Shown: one piece after another, positions 28,912-40,711 of the stretch
How the letters are laid out: each line of letters begins with the position of its first letter
Numbering within the stretch: position 1 is the stretch's first letter
Assembly (NCBI GenBank): GCA_015258715.1
Contig: JABZHR010000003.1
Coordinates: 48,872 to 112,871, forward strand
DNA length: 64,000 nucleotides
Source of the DNA: Atopobium sp.
GTDB taxonomy: Bacteria > Actinomycetota > Coriobacteriia > Coriobacteriales > Atopobiaceae
Direction of reading: 5' to 3'
Notes under the pieces: generated by a model
Told to the model about the DNA's origin: nothing
The model's input: the letters and a program-made list of their open reading frames with translations, nothing else
Database searches by the model: none
Position numbers and translations under genes: made by a program

Positions 28912-29273
28912 AGCTATTTCCTCCCGAACGGGTACAGTATCGATTAAAAAGCCTACAGATTGTACTCGCGTTTATGGGTACCTGTCAAATTTTCTACGCA
29001 AATACCTCAACTTTTTCTCTTTTTTATTCAAAAGCCTAGCGAGAAAACCTTTCATTTTGAAAATTTCACTTGTGATAAGTGAAGAAATTTGTTGAAAGGA
29101 ATATTTCTGCAAGCTGAAATATGTCCGTTAAATGCTACTATCATTCAGTACGTCTTTCACAAAGATATAAAGTTATCTACAGATGTTTAACACTTGTTGA
29201 AAACTTTCATTCATCGTGAAAGAAAACGAAAAGTTTTCTTCATTTGTTTAACAATTGTTGAAAAGGAGGTGTC
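28912..29273. promoter_or_regulatory. AT-rich rpmH-to-origin intergenic region with DnaA-box-like motifs. It is a candidate oriC segment and carries promoters.
   Basis: Genes run on the minus strand to the left of this region and on the plus strand to the right. TTATCTACA sits at 29173-29181 and CTTATCACA near 29070. Three direct TTGTTGAAA(A/G) copies lie at 29089, 29194 and 29255. Confidence 0.5.
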
Positions 29274-30152
29274 ATGGCAAGAGATTTCTTTCCTTTTGTT
29301 GAGGAAAATACCAACCAGGATGAAAAAGACGCTGGTTCTGAAAACTCTCTCACTGTCCGCTATGCTGCACGTATTGCAGTGTATGACGATAAAGCCGCAG
29401 CACCTCGCGTTGTTCTTGTAGAACCTAAAGATGTTCGTTCTTATCTTGACGAGATTGCAGCGACAGTTAACCAGCTTGCCCACGAGCAGGGTGGAAAAAT
29501 TCCTTTTATGGTTATGCGCGAGATCGTGGAGAACTTCATTCATGCTCGCTTTGTAGCACCCACAATCTCAATTATGGACAACGGAAATACCATTAGGTTT
29601 TCAGATCAAGGACCTGGAATTAAAGAGAAAAATCGAGCTCTTGAGTTTGGTACCTCTTCTGCAACAGAAGAAATGAAATCATTTATTAGAGGCGTTGGTT
29701 TTGGTCTTCCTTATGCTCAGCAATATATGGTTGAGAAGGGTGGAAGCCTTACCCTTGAAGACAACATCTCTGGCGGCACAATTGTTACTTTATCAACACG
29801 CCGCTCTAAAGATGCTCATATTCAGACACTTCCAACTCAAGAAGAAGCTGAAGAATTGCCTGTTAATCAGAATCAGCAGGCAATTTCACATGCCCCACAA
29901 GCAGTATCTCAGCAGGCATCTGCACAACCAGCTGCACAACTTCCTAATCTGGTGTTAACAGATCGAGCAAAACAAGTTCTTCAATATCTCTCTGAACATG
30001 AATGGGTTGGAGCAACAGAGCTCACTAGTACCTTTGGCCTTTCTACACCAACCTGGTCGCGAGAGTTAAAATCGCTGGTAAACATAGGAATAATTGGAAA
30101 AGTTGGGCAAAAATATAAGCTCACCACTATTGGAGAAACCCTCCTTTCATAG
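29274..30152 (+). CDS. GHKL (histidine-kinase-like) ATPase domain fused to a C-terminal winged-helix DNA-binding domain. The protein is uncharacterised.
   Basis: AAGGAGG sits 5 nt upstream of the ATG. An N-box-like REIVENFIHARF, a G1-like SDQGPGI and a G2-like GVGFGLPYAQQ are present. A Gln-rich linker follows. The C-terminal ~70 aa are an HTH/winged-helix pattern (LTDRAKQVLQYLSEHEWVGATELTS...LVNIGIIGKVGQKYKLT). Confidence 0.6.
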   Translation: MARDFFPFVEENTNQDEKDAGSENSLTVRYAARIAVYDDKAAAPRVVLVEPKDVRSYLDEIAATVNQLAHEQGGKIPFMVMREIVENFIHARFVAPTISIMDNGNTIRFSDQGPGIKEKNRALEFGTSSATEEMKSFIRGVGFGLPYAQQYMVEKGGSLTLEDNISGGTIVTLSTRRSKDAHIQTLPTQEEAEELPVNQNQQAISHAPQAVSQQASAQPAAQLPNLVLTDRAKQVLQYLSEHEWVGATELTSTFGLSTPTWSRELKSLVNIGIIGKVGQKYKLTTIGETLLS

Positions 30153-30235
30153 AGTTTCTCAACATTATTCGCTGAAAGTTATCAACATTCCTCTATACTA
30201 GGTGTCCCAATTTTCAACATTTTGATTGGACACGT

Positions 30236-31765
30236 ATGGATGCATCAATTGATTCAGACGCAGTAGCTCTGTGGCAAGACGCAATTGACCTTTTGGTTGA
30301 AGAGAATCAGCCAGAGGCTTTTATCGCCATGTTGAGAACCTGCACTCCAATTAAAGTTGAAGATAATGCTTTATGTGCTGAGACTTCAATGCGCTTGGCA
30401 TATAACCGTATCCTTAAAAACCTGCCAATTGTTGAGAGATGTCTCTCGGCTGCTGCTTTTGAAGACATCATTTTGAGTCTTACGCTTACAAAGTCTTCTA
30501 CTCCTGTTACCACTACTTCTACGATGACTCCTCAAGAGTTCAACGCTTGGAAGCAAAAAACTGCTCCTATACAAGCAGTTGTTCCAGAGCAGATTCAAGA
30601 TTTTGAATCCCAGGAACAAAGCCTTGAAGAATTAAAACAACAGACCTTAAAGCGCCGTAAGAGTAATCCTCTTTATGAGGAGACATCTTTCAATTCAAAC
30701 CTCACGTTTGATCGCTTTGTTGTTGGTGACGAGAATGAACTTGCTCATCAACATGCTCTAAATGTTGCAAACGACGCAAAAGGTAAGGCAAACCCGCTAT
30801 TTATTTACGGTGCAAGTGGTCTTGGAAAAACTCACCTTCTACGCGCGGTTCAAAACTATATCAACTCTGAAGATATCGAACGCGTTTGTGTTTACAAAGA
30901 TGCAGATGCCTTTGTTGATGACTACGTAAATGCAGTTCGCAAAAACGCCTCAGGAAATGCCGCAACAGAACTTAGTAATAACTACCAAAACATTGATGTT
31001 CTTATCATCGATGACGTCCAAAAACTTGCTGGTAAAGCAGGTACTATTAACTTCTTCTTCAATATTTTTAACTCTCTTATTGATAGAGGTAAGCAGATTA
31101 TTCTTGCCGCCGATAGAACACCTGCTCAGCTTGGTATGGGATCTGACGGCTTTGATGATCGTATTACTTCTCGTATGAGTGGTGGCATTGTTATTGGTAT
31201 TGAGTCTCCAAGCTACGAGATGAAACTCAATCTTATTCATGTCTTCTGCGACCGCGCATTTAAAGAAAGAAATTCTTCTCTTTCTGCAGACGATTTGCCA
31301 GAGGACATCCGTCGTTACATGGCTGACAAAGCCGGCCAAAGTATTAGAACCCTTGAAGGCTTCTGTAATCGTTGTGTCACCGGACAAATCAAAGCAAAAG
31401 AGTCCGGTAAAAACATTAAGCAAGAAGAGATTGATAAGATTGCAGACACACTTTGGCGTCGCGTTTCAAAAACCGTAAATATCGAGAAGGTCCAAGAAGT
31501 CGTAGAAAATATCTATGGCATTAGTCATCGCGATATTGTTGGTAACAAGAGAAATAAAGAGATTGCAGAACCTCGTCACGTTGCAATTTATCTTGCTCAC
31601 GACCTTTGCCAATACACACTGGTAAATATTGGTAAACATTTTGGCGGAAGAAAACACGCAACTATTTTGCACAGCATTGAGGTAATTGAAGAGAGAATCA
31701 AAGAAGACAAAAGCTTCTATGATCAAATTTCTCAACTCAAGAAGACTATTCTTGAACAAAGTTAG
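30236..31765 (+). CDS. dnaA: Chromosomal replication initiator protein DnaA
   Basis: The Walker A motif GASGLGKTHLL, an AAA+ core and a C-terminal DNA-binding domain are present. Confidence 0.95.
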   Translation: MDASIDSDAVALWQDAIDLLVEENQPEAFIAMLRTCTPIKVEDNALCAETSMRLAYNRILKNLPIVERCLSAAAFEDIILSLTLTKSSTPVTTTSTMTPQEFNAWKQKTAPIQAVVPEQIQDFESQEQSLEELKQQTLKRRKSNPLYEETSFNSNLTFDRFVVGDENELAHQHALNVANDAKGKANPLFIYGASGLGKTHLLRAVQNYINSEDIERVCVYKDADAFVDDYVNAVRKNASGNAATELSNNYQNIDVLIIDDVQKLAGKAGTINFFFNIFNSLIDRGKQIILAADRTPAQLGMGSDGFDDRITSRMSGGIVIGIESPSYEMKLNLIHVFCDRAFKERNSSLSADDLPEDIRRYMADKAGQSIRTLEGFCNRCVTGQIKAKESGKNIKQEEIDKIADTLWRRVSKTVNIEKVQEVVENIYGISHRDIVGNKRNKEIAEPRHVAIYLAHDLCQYTLVNIGKHFGGRKHATILHSIEVIEERIKEDKSFYDQISQLKKTILEQS

Positions 31766-31998
31766 TGTTTAAAACCTGTTAGTAAGATGTTAATTGGTGA
31801 AGAGAAGTAATGGTTTGTTGTTGAGAGTTTAAGAGGGGGAGTTTTACTTTGTTTATGAATGTCAAAAATAAGCAAACAAATCTGACCTCTAGAAACATAT
31901 TTCTACCTCTAGAAATGTAAAGCTTTCTTCTTTTCAACATAGCTTATTATTACTACGATATTTTTATTCTTATCTAAGAAATAATAGAAAGGGTCGTC
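31766..31998. promoter_or_regulatory. AT-rich dnaA-dnaN intergenic region. It is a candidate DNA-unwinding element and second origin segment.
   Basis: The 233-bp region is very AT-rich. A TTTTCAACA motif lies at 31931-31939. A direct repeat, acctctagaaa, occurs twice. Confidence 0.4.
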
Positions 31999-33099
31999 AT
32001 GAAATTTACCGTAAGTCAATCCGCTCTCCAGACGGCACTTGATATTGTTTCTAAAGGCATTGGTTCTAATACAACACTTCCTATTCTCTCTGGTATTTAT
32101 CTCAAAGCTTTTAATGGCATGCTTGAGCTACAGTCCAGTGACTTAACTATCTCTATTAAGCATCAGATTGCAGCAAACGTAGAAGAAGAAGGAGAGACAG
32201 TTGTTTCTGGAAAGGTTATCCAGAACATTGTTAAGAACCTTCCTGATGCAGCGATTACTTTTGAAGGTGGAGATCGTACGCTTTCTGTAACATGCCAGCG
32301 TTCGTCTTTTAGACTTAATACTCTTTCTGCCCACGATTGGGCTCAATTCCCAGAGTTTGATCTTGAGAAAACTTGTGAGCTCCCAAGCCAGCTTCTATCA
32401 ACTATGGTTGATAAAGTCTATCGTGTCACTTCAAAGGAAGCTTCTCGTCCCATTCTTCAAGGAATTTCTCTCACTGTTGAAGACAATACTATTCGCCTTG
32501 TTGCAACCGACTCATTCCGCCTTGCTGTTTGCGATTCCAATACAGATACGCCAGCAGGTGAATCTTTTAGTGCAATTATCTCTGGTGAAGTTTTCCATGA
32601 TGTTCTCTCAATGCGTAGCATGACTGAGAAGGTTTTAATTGGTACTACAGACAACCAGGTAGTTTTCCAGTTTGGAAACACCACTCACATTTCTCGTAAG
32701 ATTGAAGGTCATTTCCCAGATTATAAGCAGCTGCTTCCAACGTCTTGTACTGCATCTGTTGATATTAATGTTGAAGATTTCTCTGCAGCTCTCAAGCGTG
32801 TATCTGTTATTGCTCTGGCAAATCCATCAGTACGTTTTGATGTTGATGCTGATGGAAAAGAAGTTAAACTGTCTGCATCCTCACCAGATCAGGGTGAGTC
32901 TTCCGAGCACATCGAGGCCCAAATTGAAGGAGACTCTCTTTCAATCGCTTTGAACTACCACTACGTCTTTGATTGTGTAAATGCTGCTCCTTCTAAGGAC
33001 CTTTTGCGTCTTGAACTCCAAGGTCCTTCTCAGCCAGCAATCTTTAAATCAAATGGTAAGGTCAACTATTTGTATCTTCTGATGCCTGTTCGCCTCTAA
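31999..33099 (+). CDS. dnaN: DNA polymerase III beta sliding clamp
   Basis: The ORF is 366 aa with the beta-clamp pattern, located in the conserved dnaA-dnaN-recF order. Confidence 0.9.
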   Translation: MKFTVSQSALQTALDIVSKGIGSNTTLPILSGIYLKAFNGMLELQSSDLTISIKHQIAANVEEEGETVVSGKVIQNIVKNLPDAAITFEGGDRTLSVTCQRSSFRLNTLSAHDWAQFPEFDLEKTCELPSQLLSTMVDKVYRVTSKEASRPILQGISLTVEDNTIRLVATDSFRLAVCDSNTDTPAGESFSAIISGEVFHDVLSMRSMTEKVLIGTTDNQVVFQFGNTTHISRKIEGHFPDYKQLLPTSCTASVDINVEDFSAALKRVSVIALANPSVRFDVDADGKEVKLSASSPDQGESSEHIEAQIEGDSLSIALNYHYVFDCVNAAPSKDLLRLELQGPSQPAIFKSNGKVNYLYLLMPVRL

Positions 33100-33114
33100 T
33101 TTGATAGGGGTTGT

Positions 33115-34206
33115 GTGGGACTTAAAGTTGAACATGTTTCGCTGTATAACTTTCGTTGTTTTGCTTCGAAAGAAATAGATTTATCTGCGCAAACTACTAT
33201 CTTTGTAGGAAAAAACGCCGCAGGTAAGACAAATACTGTTGAGGCATTACAACTCCTTACTGCTGGGTATTCATTCAGAAAACCCACACCATCACAGCTC
33301 CTTCTTACAGGTACTTCTGAGGCAAAGATAGAGATTTCGCTTACAGGAGATGGAAGAAAGCTAGAAAATACCTGTACCATCACAGAACGCCGTCGCCAAT
33401 TTTCAAAGAACGGCAAGAAATGCCAGGCAGCAGATATTTCTGGTACGTTGATGTCGGTCCTTTTTAATCCTGATGATCTTTCAATGATTAAAGGTGGCGC
33501 ATCATATCGCCGAGAAGAATTCGATGACTTTGGTCGCCAGGCAAATAAAAGCTACTTCAAGGTTTTCTCGGCATATATCAAGACAGTTGAGCAAAGAAAT
33601 AAGCTGCTTAAATCTGATTGGCCAGATAATAATTTGCTTGATGCATGGGATCTTTCGCTTGCAAGGGGAGGAGCAACGCTTCTTCATGCGCGCATTCATT
33701 TGTTTGAGCGCCTGGCAAAGAAAACATGCGAGATTTACCAGGAACTTTCTGGCGGAGAGCACCTGGAGATGAACTATATTTCTTCAATTGGAGAGGTTTC
33801 TCTTGAAGCCTCTAGAGAAGAAATTACTGCTCAGTTTTTACAGGCTTTAAACGAAGCGCGCGCAGATGATATTCGTCGTCAGCAAAGTACTAAGGGTCCT
33901 CACCGAGATGATGTTGAGTTTTTGATTGAAGGTAAAGACGCTAGAAATTTTGGGTCGCAGGGTCAAATCAGAACGGTGGTCTTAGCACTTAAAATGGCAG
34001 AAGTTTTACTCTCAGAAGAAATACTTGGCGAGAAACCCCTGCTACTTTTAGATGATGTGATGAGTGAGTTGGATGAAGATCGCAGAAAAGCCATTATGGA
34101 GTTTGCATTCCATGACATCCAAACCATAATTACAACTACCAACCTTGGTTATTTCTCTGAAGAGATTTTAGAGAAAGCGCAGATAGTTAGGTTTAGCGAT
34201 GAATAA
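33115..34206 (+). CDS. recF: DNA replication/repair protein RecF
   Basis: The Walker A motif GKNAAGKTN is present, along with SMC-like signatures and a C-terminal LLLDDVMSELD. Confidence 0.9.
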   Translation: MGLKVEHVSLYNFRCFASKEIDLSAQTTIFVGKNAAGKTNTVEALQLLTAGYSFRKPTPSQLLLTGTSEAKIEISLTGDGRKLENTCTITERRRQFSKNGKKCQAADISGTLMSVLFNPDDLSMIKGGASYRREEFDDFGRQANKSYFKVFSAYIKTVEQRNKLLKSDWPDNNLLDAWDLSLARGGATLLHARIHLFERLAKKTCEIYQELSGGEHLEMNYISSIGEVSLEASREEITAQFLQALNEARADDIRRQQSTKGPHRDDVEFLIEGKDARNFGSQGQIRTVVLALKMAEVLLSEEILGEKPLLLLDDVMSELDEDRRKAIMEFAFHDIQTIITTTNLGYFSEEILEKAQIVRFSDE

Positions 34207-34732
34207 TCAACAAGAAATGCCTGCGCGTGGTGGTAATGAAAACGCAAAAGATTTAATGAGCGCTCTGCTTGGAACTTTCAGAGATTCTAAGAGTATGTCT
34301 AAAAATCGTCGCGCTTATCTTGCATGGGTTGAGTCAAATGGTGAAAGAGAAGTAGAACACACAACTGGCGTATTTGTTAGAGAAATTGCTGGTAGAGAAT
34401 ATCCTGTACTTACCGTTTATGTAGACAATCGTATGTGCATGATTGATTTTCTTGCACAAAGAGAAATCTATAGAGCAAGGTTGTCAGAGCATGGCCTGGA
34501 ATTTTCAGATCTTGAGTTTAAGCTGGATAAATACAATAGACATACTGGTAAAGAAGACGGTTCCTCAAAAGAACAACCTCAGAGTCAAAAAGTAGAGAAG
34601 AAAGTTCTTCCAGAACTCACTACAGAAGAAAAATCACAAATTTCTGAGTTAGTTTCTGGTCTTTCTGAGCCACTCAAGTCAACGGCTTATAAAGCGATTG
34701 AAGCAAGTTTTAGACAAAAAAAGAGTCTTTAG
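34199..34732 (+). CDS. DUF721-family protein (a DciA-like candidate helicase-loader) in the conserved recF-gyrB position
   Basis: The ORF is 177 aa and overlaps the recF stop. The call rests on position and size; no strong motif was seen. Confidence 0.45.
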   Translation: MNNQQEMPARGGNENAKDLMSALLGTFRDSKSMSKNRRAYLAWVESNGEREVEHTTGVFVREIAGREYPVLTVYVDNRMCMIDFLAQREIYRARLSEHGLEFSDLEFKLDKYNRHTGKEDGSSKEQPQSQKVEKKVLPELTTEEKSQISELVSGLSEPLKSTAYKAIEASFRQKKSL

Positions 34733-34850
34733 TCTAATCTGTCACTAATCTGTCCTTAAATCTCTTTACAGAGCCTCTCAGATATACAATATTACTGTTT
34801 AAACAATGAAATTTCTCTGTGCCGAGTTGATTTTGGCGATTTCATAGTAA

Positions 34851-36836
<1,986 letters not shown>

Positions 36837-36880
36837 TGGTTTCTCGCTAAATCATTAGACAGAAAATGAAAGGGTAACTT

Positions 36881-39661
36881 GTGGCAGACGATAAAAATAT
36901 GAATGATGATCTTTTTGGTGCAGATGAGGACCAAGACCTCGATGCACAAAATGATATGGATGAAGAATACGAAGATGACGAGGTAGAAGAAGACTCTGAC
37001 GAGTTTGATCCAGAGACTGGAGTAAATCTCATAACCGGAGAGACTTCACACATCATCTCTGATGAGGCTGGTACTCGTCTTGACCTCTCTGACATTCACG
37101 GTGGCACCCTTAAGCCAACCGACTTGTCCTCAGAGATGAAGACTTCCTTCCTTGAGTATTCCATGTCCGTTATTGTTGCTCGTGCACTTCCAGATGTTCG
37201 AGACGGTCTAAAGCCTGTTCACCGCCGTATTTTGTACGCAATGAGTGAGGCTGGCATTACGCCAAACCGTCCACATAAGAAGTCTGCATGGGCAGTCGGT
37301 GAAGTCATGGGTAAATACCACCCACACGGTGACTCCGCTATTTATGACTCTATGGTTCGTATGTCTCAGGACTTCTCGATGAGACTTCCTCTGATTGATG
37401 GTCACGGAAATTTTGGTTCTATCGATGGCGATCCACCAGCAGCAATGCGTTATACCGAGGCACGCCTTACCAGAAGTGCTATGGAGATGCTGGCAGAGCT
37501 TAACAAGAATACCGTTGACCTTCAGTCAAACTATGATGAATCATTGACAGAGCCAGCAGTTCTTCCTGCTCGTTTCCCAAATCTTTTGGTTAACGGTTCT
37601 TCAGGTATTGCAGTTGGTATGGCTACCAACATTCCTCCTCACAACCTTGGTGAGGTAACCAACGCTGTCTGCATGATGATTGAGAACCCTGACGTAACCA
37701 CAGAGGAACTCATGACCGTTCTACCTGGTCCTGACTTCCCAACAGGCGGCATCATCATGGGTACTCAGGGCATCAAGGACGCCTACGAGACTGGTCGCGG
37801 TTCTATTACGGTCCGCGCAAAAGTCCATGTTGAGCAGGTTAAGAGTGGTCGTCAGCGCCTTGTTGTTACCGAGATTCCTTACCAGGTTAACAAGGGTCTT
37901 CTTCAGGAGAAGATTGCTCAGGCAGTCAACGAGAAGAAAATTGAAGGCATCTCCGACATGCGCGATGAGTCCAACCGTAAGGGCATGCGCATTGTTTTGG
38001 ACCTTAAGCGTGATGCGGTACCACAGGTTGTTCTGAATAACCTGTATAAGAAGACTCAACTCCAGTCCAACTTTGGCATCATTGACCTGGCCTTGGTTGA
38101 CGGTGTTCCTCGTACGCTTTCTCTCCGCGAGATTCTGCGTCACTACATTGATCACCAGATTGATGTCGTACGCCGTCGTACTGAGTTTGACCTGGATAAG
38201 GCTCAGAAGCGCGTCCATATTTTGGAAGGCCTTCTGACCGCAGTTGATAACATCGACGAGATTGTCCACATCATCCGCAGCTCGCAAGATGATACCGAGG
38301 CAAAGAAGCGCATGAACGAGCGCTTTGGCCTGGATGAGATTCAGGGCGAAGCAATCCTTCAGATGCGTCTGCGTCGCCTTACCGGCCTGGCACGTCAAGA
38401 TCTTGTTGATGAGATTTCCCAACTCAGGCTTGATATTGCCTACTACGAGGATCTTCTCGCCCACGAGGAAAAGATTCTGGCTGTTATCGCTGATGAGCTC
38501 CGTGAGATTTCCAACCGCTACGCCGACAAGCGCCGCACACAAATCTCTGACCAGGACATTCAGAACCTGGACGTTGAGGATCTTATCGCTGAAGAGGATA
38601 TGGTTGTTACCGTCACTCACGCAGGCTATGTAAAGCGCGTTCCTGTTGAGATTTATCGCTCCCAGAAGCGTGGCGGCAAGGGTGTTCAGGGTGTCTCTCT
38701 TAAAGAGAACGACTTTGTCGAGAACCTCTTTGTTGCTTCCACCCACGATTACGTGCTGTTCTTTACTAACTTTGGTAAGGTGTATCGCCTTAAGGTCCAC
38801 GAGCTTCCTGTTGGTAACAGAACTACTAAGGGTAGCGCCATCATCAACGTTATCGAGACGCTTGCAGAGGGCGAGAAGGTCAAGGCGGTTATTACTACCC
38901 GCGACTTCCCAGAAGATAACTACCTGATGTTTGCTACCAAGCAGGGTATGGTCAAGAAGACAGCAATGTCTGAGTACGACCGTACACGCAAGGACGGCCT
39001 CATTGCAATCAACCTCAAGGATGGCGACGAGCTTGTTAACGTCCGCCGTGTCCACCCTGGTGACAAGGTTGTTCTATGCTCTTCTGACGGCAAGGCAATC
39101 CTGTTTGATGAGGCAGAGGCAAGAAGCATGGGCCGTGGCACCTCGGGTGTCCGTGGTATTACGCTCAAGGGCGATGCAACTATGCTTGGCATGGAGATTA
39201 CCAACGGCAATGGCGACCTCTTTGTTATTACCGAGAAGGGCTACGGAAAGCGCACCGCAATCTCTGAGTATCCAGTCCATAAGCGTGGTGGCCAGGGCGT
39301 CTTTACCATCACAATGACGGAGAAGAAGGGTAACCTGGTTGCCTGCCGCGTTGTTGGTCCTCAACACGAGATTATGATCATGTCCGAGGAGGGCGTTGTA
39401 ATCCGCGTTAAGGCTGGCGATATCTCCAAGCTGGGCCGCTCTACGCAGGGTGTCAAGGTTATGAATCTCTCTGGTAGCGACGTTGTTTCTGCTGTTGCTC
39501 GCATGGTTGCCAACAAGAAGAAGGCTCCTAAGCACGCAGAGAACCAAGGTATGCTTGACCTGATGGCCGCCGGCGCTCGTGATGCTGATGAGGCAGAGTC
39601 CGTTGACCTTGGGGATGAAGAGGAAGTACTGGACGATTCACTGCTGGATGATGACGAATAA
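36881..39661 (+). CDS. gyrA: DNA gyrase subunit A. The start codon is GTG. The protein has an ~80-aa acidic N-terminal extension and an acidic C-terminal tail.
   Basis: The ORF contains [26 protein letters not shown], the active-site Tyr region, and a C-terminal beta-pinwheel domain. Confidence 0.95.
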   Translation: MADDKNMNDDLFGADEDQDLDAQNDMDEEYEDDEVEEDSDEFDPETGVNLITGETSHIISDEAGTRLDLSDIHGGTLKPTDLSSEMKTSFLEYSMSVIVARALPDVRDGLKPVHRRILYAMSEAGITPNRPHKKSAWAVGEVMGKYHPHGDSAIYDSMVRMSQDFSMRLPLIDGHGNFGSIDGDPPAAMRYTEARLTRSAMEMLAELNKNTVDLQSNYDESLTEPAVLPARFPNLLVNGSSGIAVGMATNIPPHNLGEVTNAVCMMIENPDVTTEELMTVLPGPDFPTGGIIMGTQGIKDAYETGRGSITVRAKVHVEQVKSGRQRLVVTEIPYQVNKGLLQEKIAQAVNEKKIEGISDMRDESNRKGMRIVLDLKRDAVPQVVLNNLYKKTQLQSNFGIIDLALVDGVPRTLSLREILRHYIDHQIDVVRRRTEFDLDKAQKRVHILEGLLTAVDNIDEIVHIIRSSQDDTEAKKRMNERFGLDEIQGEAILQMRLRRLTGLARQDLVDEISQLRLDIAYYEDLLAHEEKILAVIADELREISNRYADKRRTQISDQDIQNLDVEDLIAEEDMVVTVTHAGYVKRVPVEIYRSQKRGGKGVQGVSLKENDFVENLFVASTHDYVLFFTNFGKVYRLKVHELPVGNRTTKGSAIINVIETLAEGEKVKAVITTRDFPEDNYLMFATKQGMVKKTAMSEYDRTRKDGLIAINLKDGDELVNVRRVHPGDKVVLCSSDGKAILFDEAEARSMGRGTSGVRGITLKGDATMLGMEITNGNGDLFVITEKGYGKRTAISEYPVHKRGGQGVFTITMTEKKGNLVACRVVGPQHEIMIMSEEGVVIRVKAGDISKLGRSTQGVKVMNLSGSDVVSAVARMVANKKKAPKHAENQGMLDLMAAGARDADEAESVDLGDEEEVLDDSLLDDDE

Positions 39662-39683
39662 GCATTTCAGCTATACGTAATTT

Positions 39684-39720
39684 GAAGAGCTCAAGGGGTA
39701 ATTCCCTTGGGCTCTTTTCG
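39684..39720 (+). terminator. Terminator after gyrA
   Basis: An imperfect hairpin, gagctcaagggg ... cccttgggctc, is followed by TTTTCG. Confidence 0.5.
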
Positions 39721-39805
39721 TTTACCGAGAAAATCAGCGCGCTAACGGTAATGATTTTTATATAAAAGATGAGTCAATTGTTTAAAATCCGCCCTAGAGC
39801 AGGAC

Positions 39806-40297
39806 TTATGAGAAATCCTCAGGAGAGACATCCTCAATAAACTGACGGAATTCCTCAAGCTCTTGGGCCTGAACGTCCTTCTCGACATCAGTAAAGTCTG
39901 GAGCAGCAGCAATTTCTAGAACACTCTCGTCTGCAAAGATGGGAGCGTTTGTCCTTACTGCCAGCGCAATTGCGTCGGACGGACGAGCGTCCACGTAAAT
40001 ATGCTCTCCCTCTTTGGAGATGAGCTCAATTTGCGAGAAGAACGTGGTGCCGCGGACGCCTACAATGCGCACGCTTTTAATATCTGCATCTAGAGAATCA
40101 AGAACGGAGCGGAGAAGGTCATGTGTCAGAGGTCTCTCGGTAGATTCTTGATCAATACCTAGGCTGATAGCAGATGCCTCAATGTTGCCAATTTTGATAG
40201 GAAGACTTAAAGAAGAGACGCCACGCGGGTCATGAAGACGCAGAACAATTACGGAAGAGATAGGTCCTCCTCCAACAACAACTGTCTGTATGTCCAT
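39806..40297 (-). CDS. Bifunctional nuclease family protein (DUF151-like). The real start is MDIQTVVVGG at 40297.
   Basis: The ORF-track entry 39806..40555 reads through tRNA-Ile. The internal Met at 40297 gives a 163-aa protein with the BFN-family pattern. Confidence 0.5.
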   Translation of the reverse strand: MDIQTVVVGGGPISSVIVLRLHDPRGVSSLSLPIKIGNIEASAISLGIDQESTERPLTHDLLRSVLDSLDADIKSVRIVGVRGTTFFSQIELISKEGEHIYVDARPSDAIALAVRTNAPIFADESVLEIAAAPDFTDVEKDVQAQELEEFRQFIEDVSPEDFS

Positions 40298-40423
40298 ACG
40301 CTTCAGCGACACAAATACTCCAAATAGCACGTCTTTTATCAATCTTTGGGCAGATAGTCTACGACTCTCTGTTCTGCTTTCATACCCAGTTTCAAGAAAC
40401 TTTAAAACAAAACAAAAAAAGTG

Positions 40424-40452
40424 TTGACCTATGAGAATTATGGAGGTATTAT
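40424..40452 (+). promoter_or_regulatory. Sigma-70-type promoter for the tRNA-Ile/tRNA-Ala pair
   Basis: TTGACC sits at 40424-40429. A 17-bp spacer follows, then TATTAT at 40447-40452. The element ends ~13 nt upstream of the mature tRNA 5' end. Confidence 0.5.
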
Positions 40453-40465
40453 TTTTCCCTGCGTT

Positions 40466-40542
40466 GGGCCTGTAGCTCAGTTGGTCAGAGCGTCCGGCTG
40501 ATAACCGGGAGGTCACAAGTTCAAACCTTGTCAGGCCCACCA
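40466..40542 (+). tRNA. tRNA-Ile (anticodon GAT)
   Basis: gggcctgtagctcagttggtcagagc...cuGAUaa...ggttcaaaccttgtcaggcccacca folds as a cloverleaf. Confidence 0.9.
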
Positions 40543-40630
40543 CTTTATGTGACAATAGTCACCCCAACGTTAGCCGAGTCGCCGTTGGGGTGATTATTAA
40601 AACCTTCTGGGCCCAACCAGAAGCCAGTAC

Positions 40631-40706
40631 GGGGAATTAGCTCAGCTGGGAGAGCGCGGGCTTTGCAAGCCTGAGGTCAGGGGTTCGATCCCCCTATTCT
40701 CCACCA
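40631..40706 (+). tRNA. tRNA-Ala (anticodon TGC)
   Basis: ggggaattagctcagctgggagagc...uuUGCaa...ggttcgatcccctattctccacca folds as a cloverleaf. Confidence 0.9.
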
Positions 40707-40711
40707 AATGT

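Noticed and set aside
37721-39055. A 444-aa ORF antisense to gyrA, plus other long antisense ORFs (50546..52051 in typA, 60360..61532 in purA, 35997..36806 in gyrB)
   Set aside because: They lie entirely inside well-supported conserved genes on the other strand. They are low-complexity shadow frames.
40298-40555. An N-terminal extension of ORF 39806..40555
   Set aside because: It translates through tRNA-Ile on the opposite strand. The real gene starts at the internal Met at 40297.
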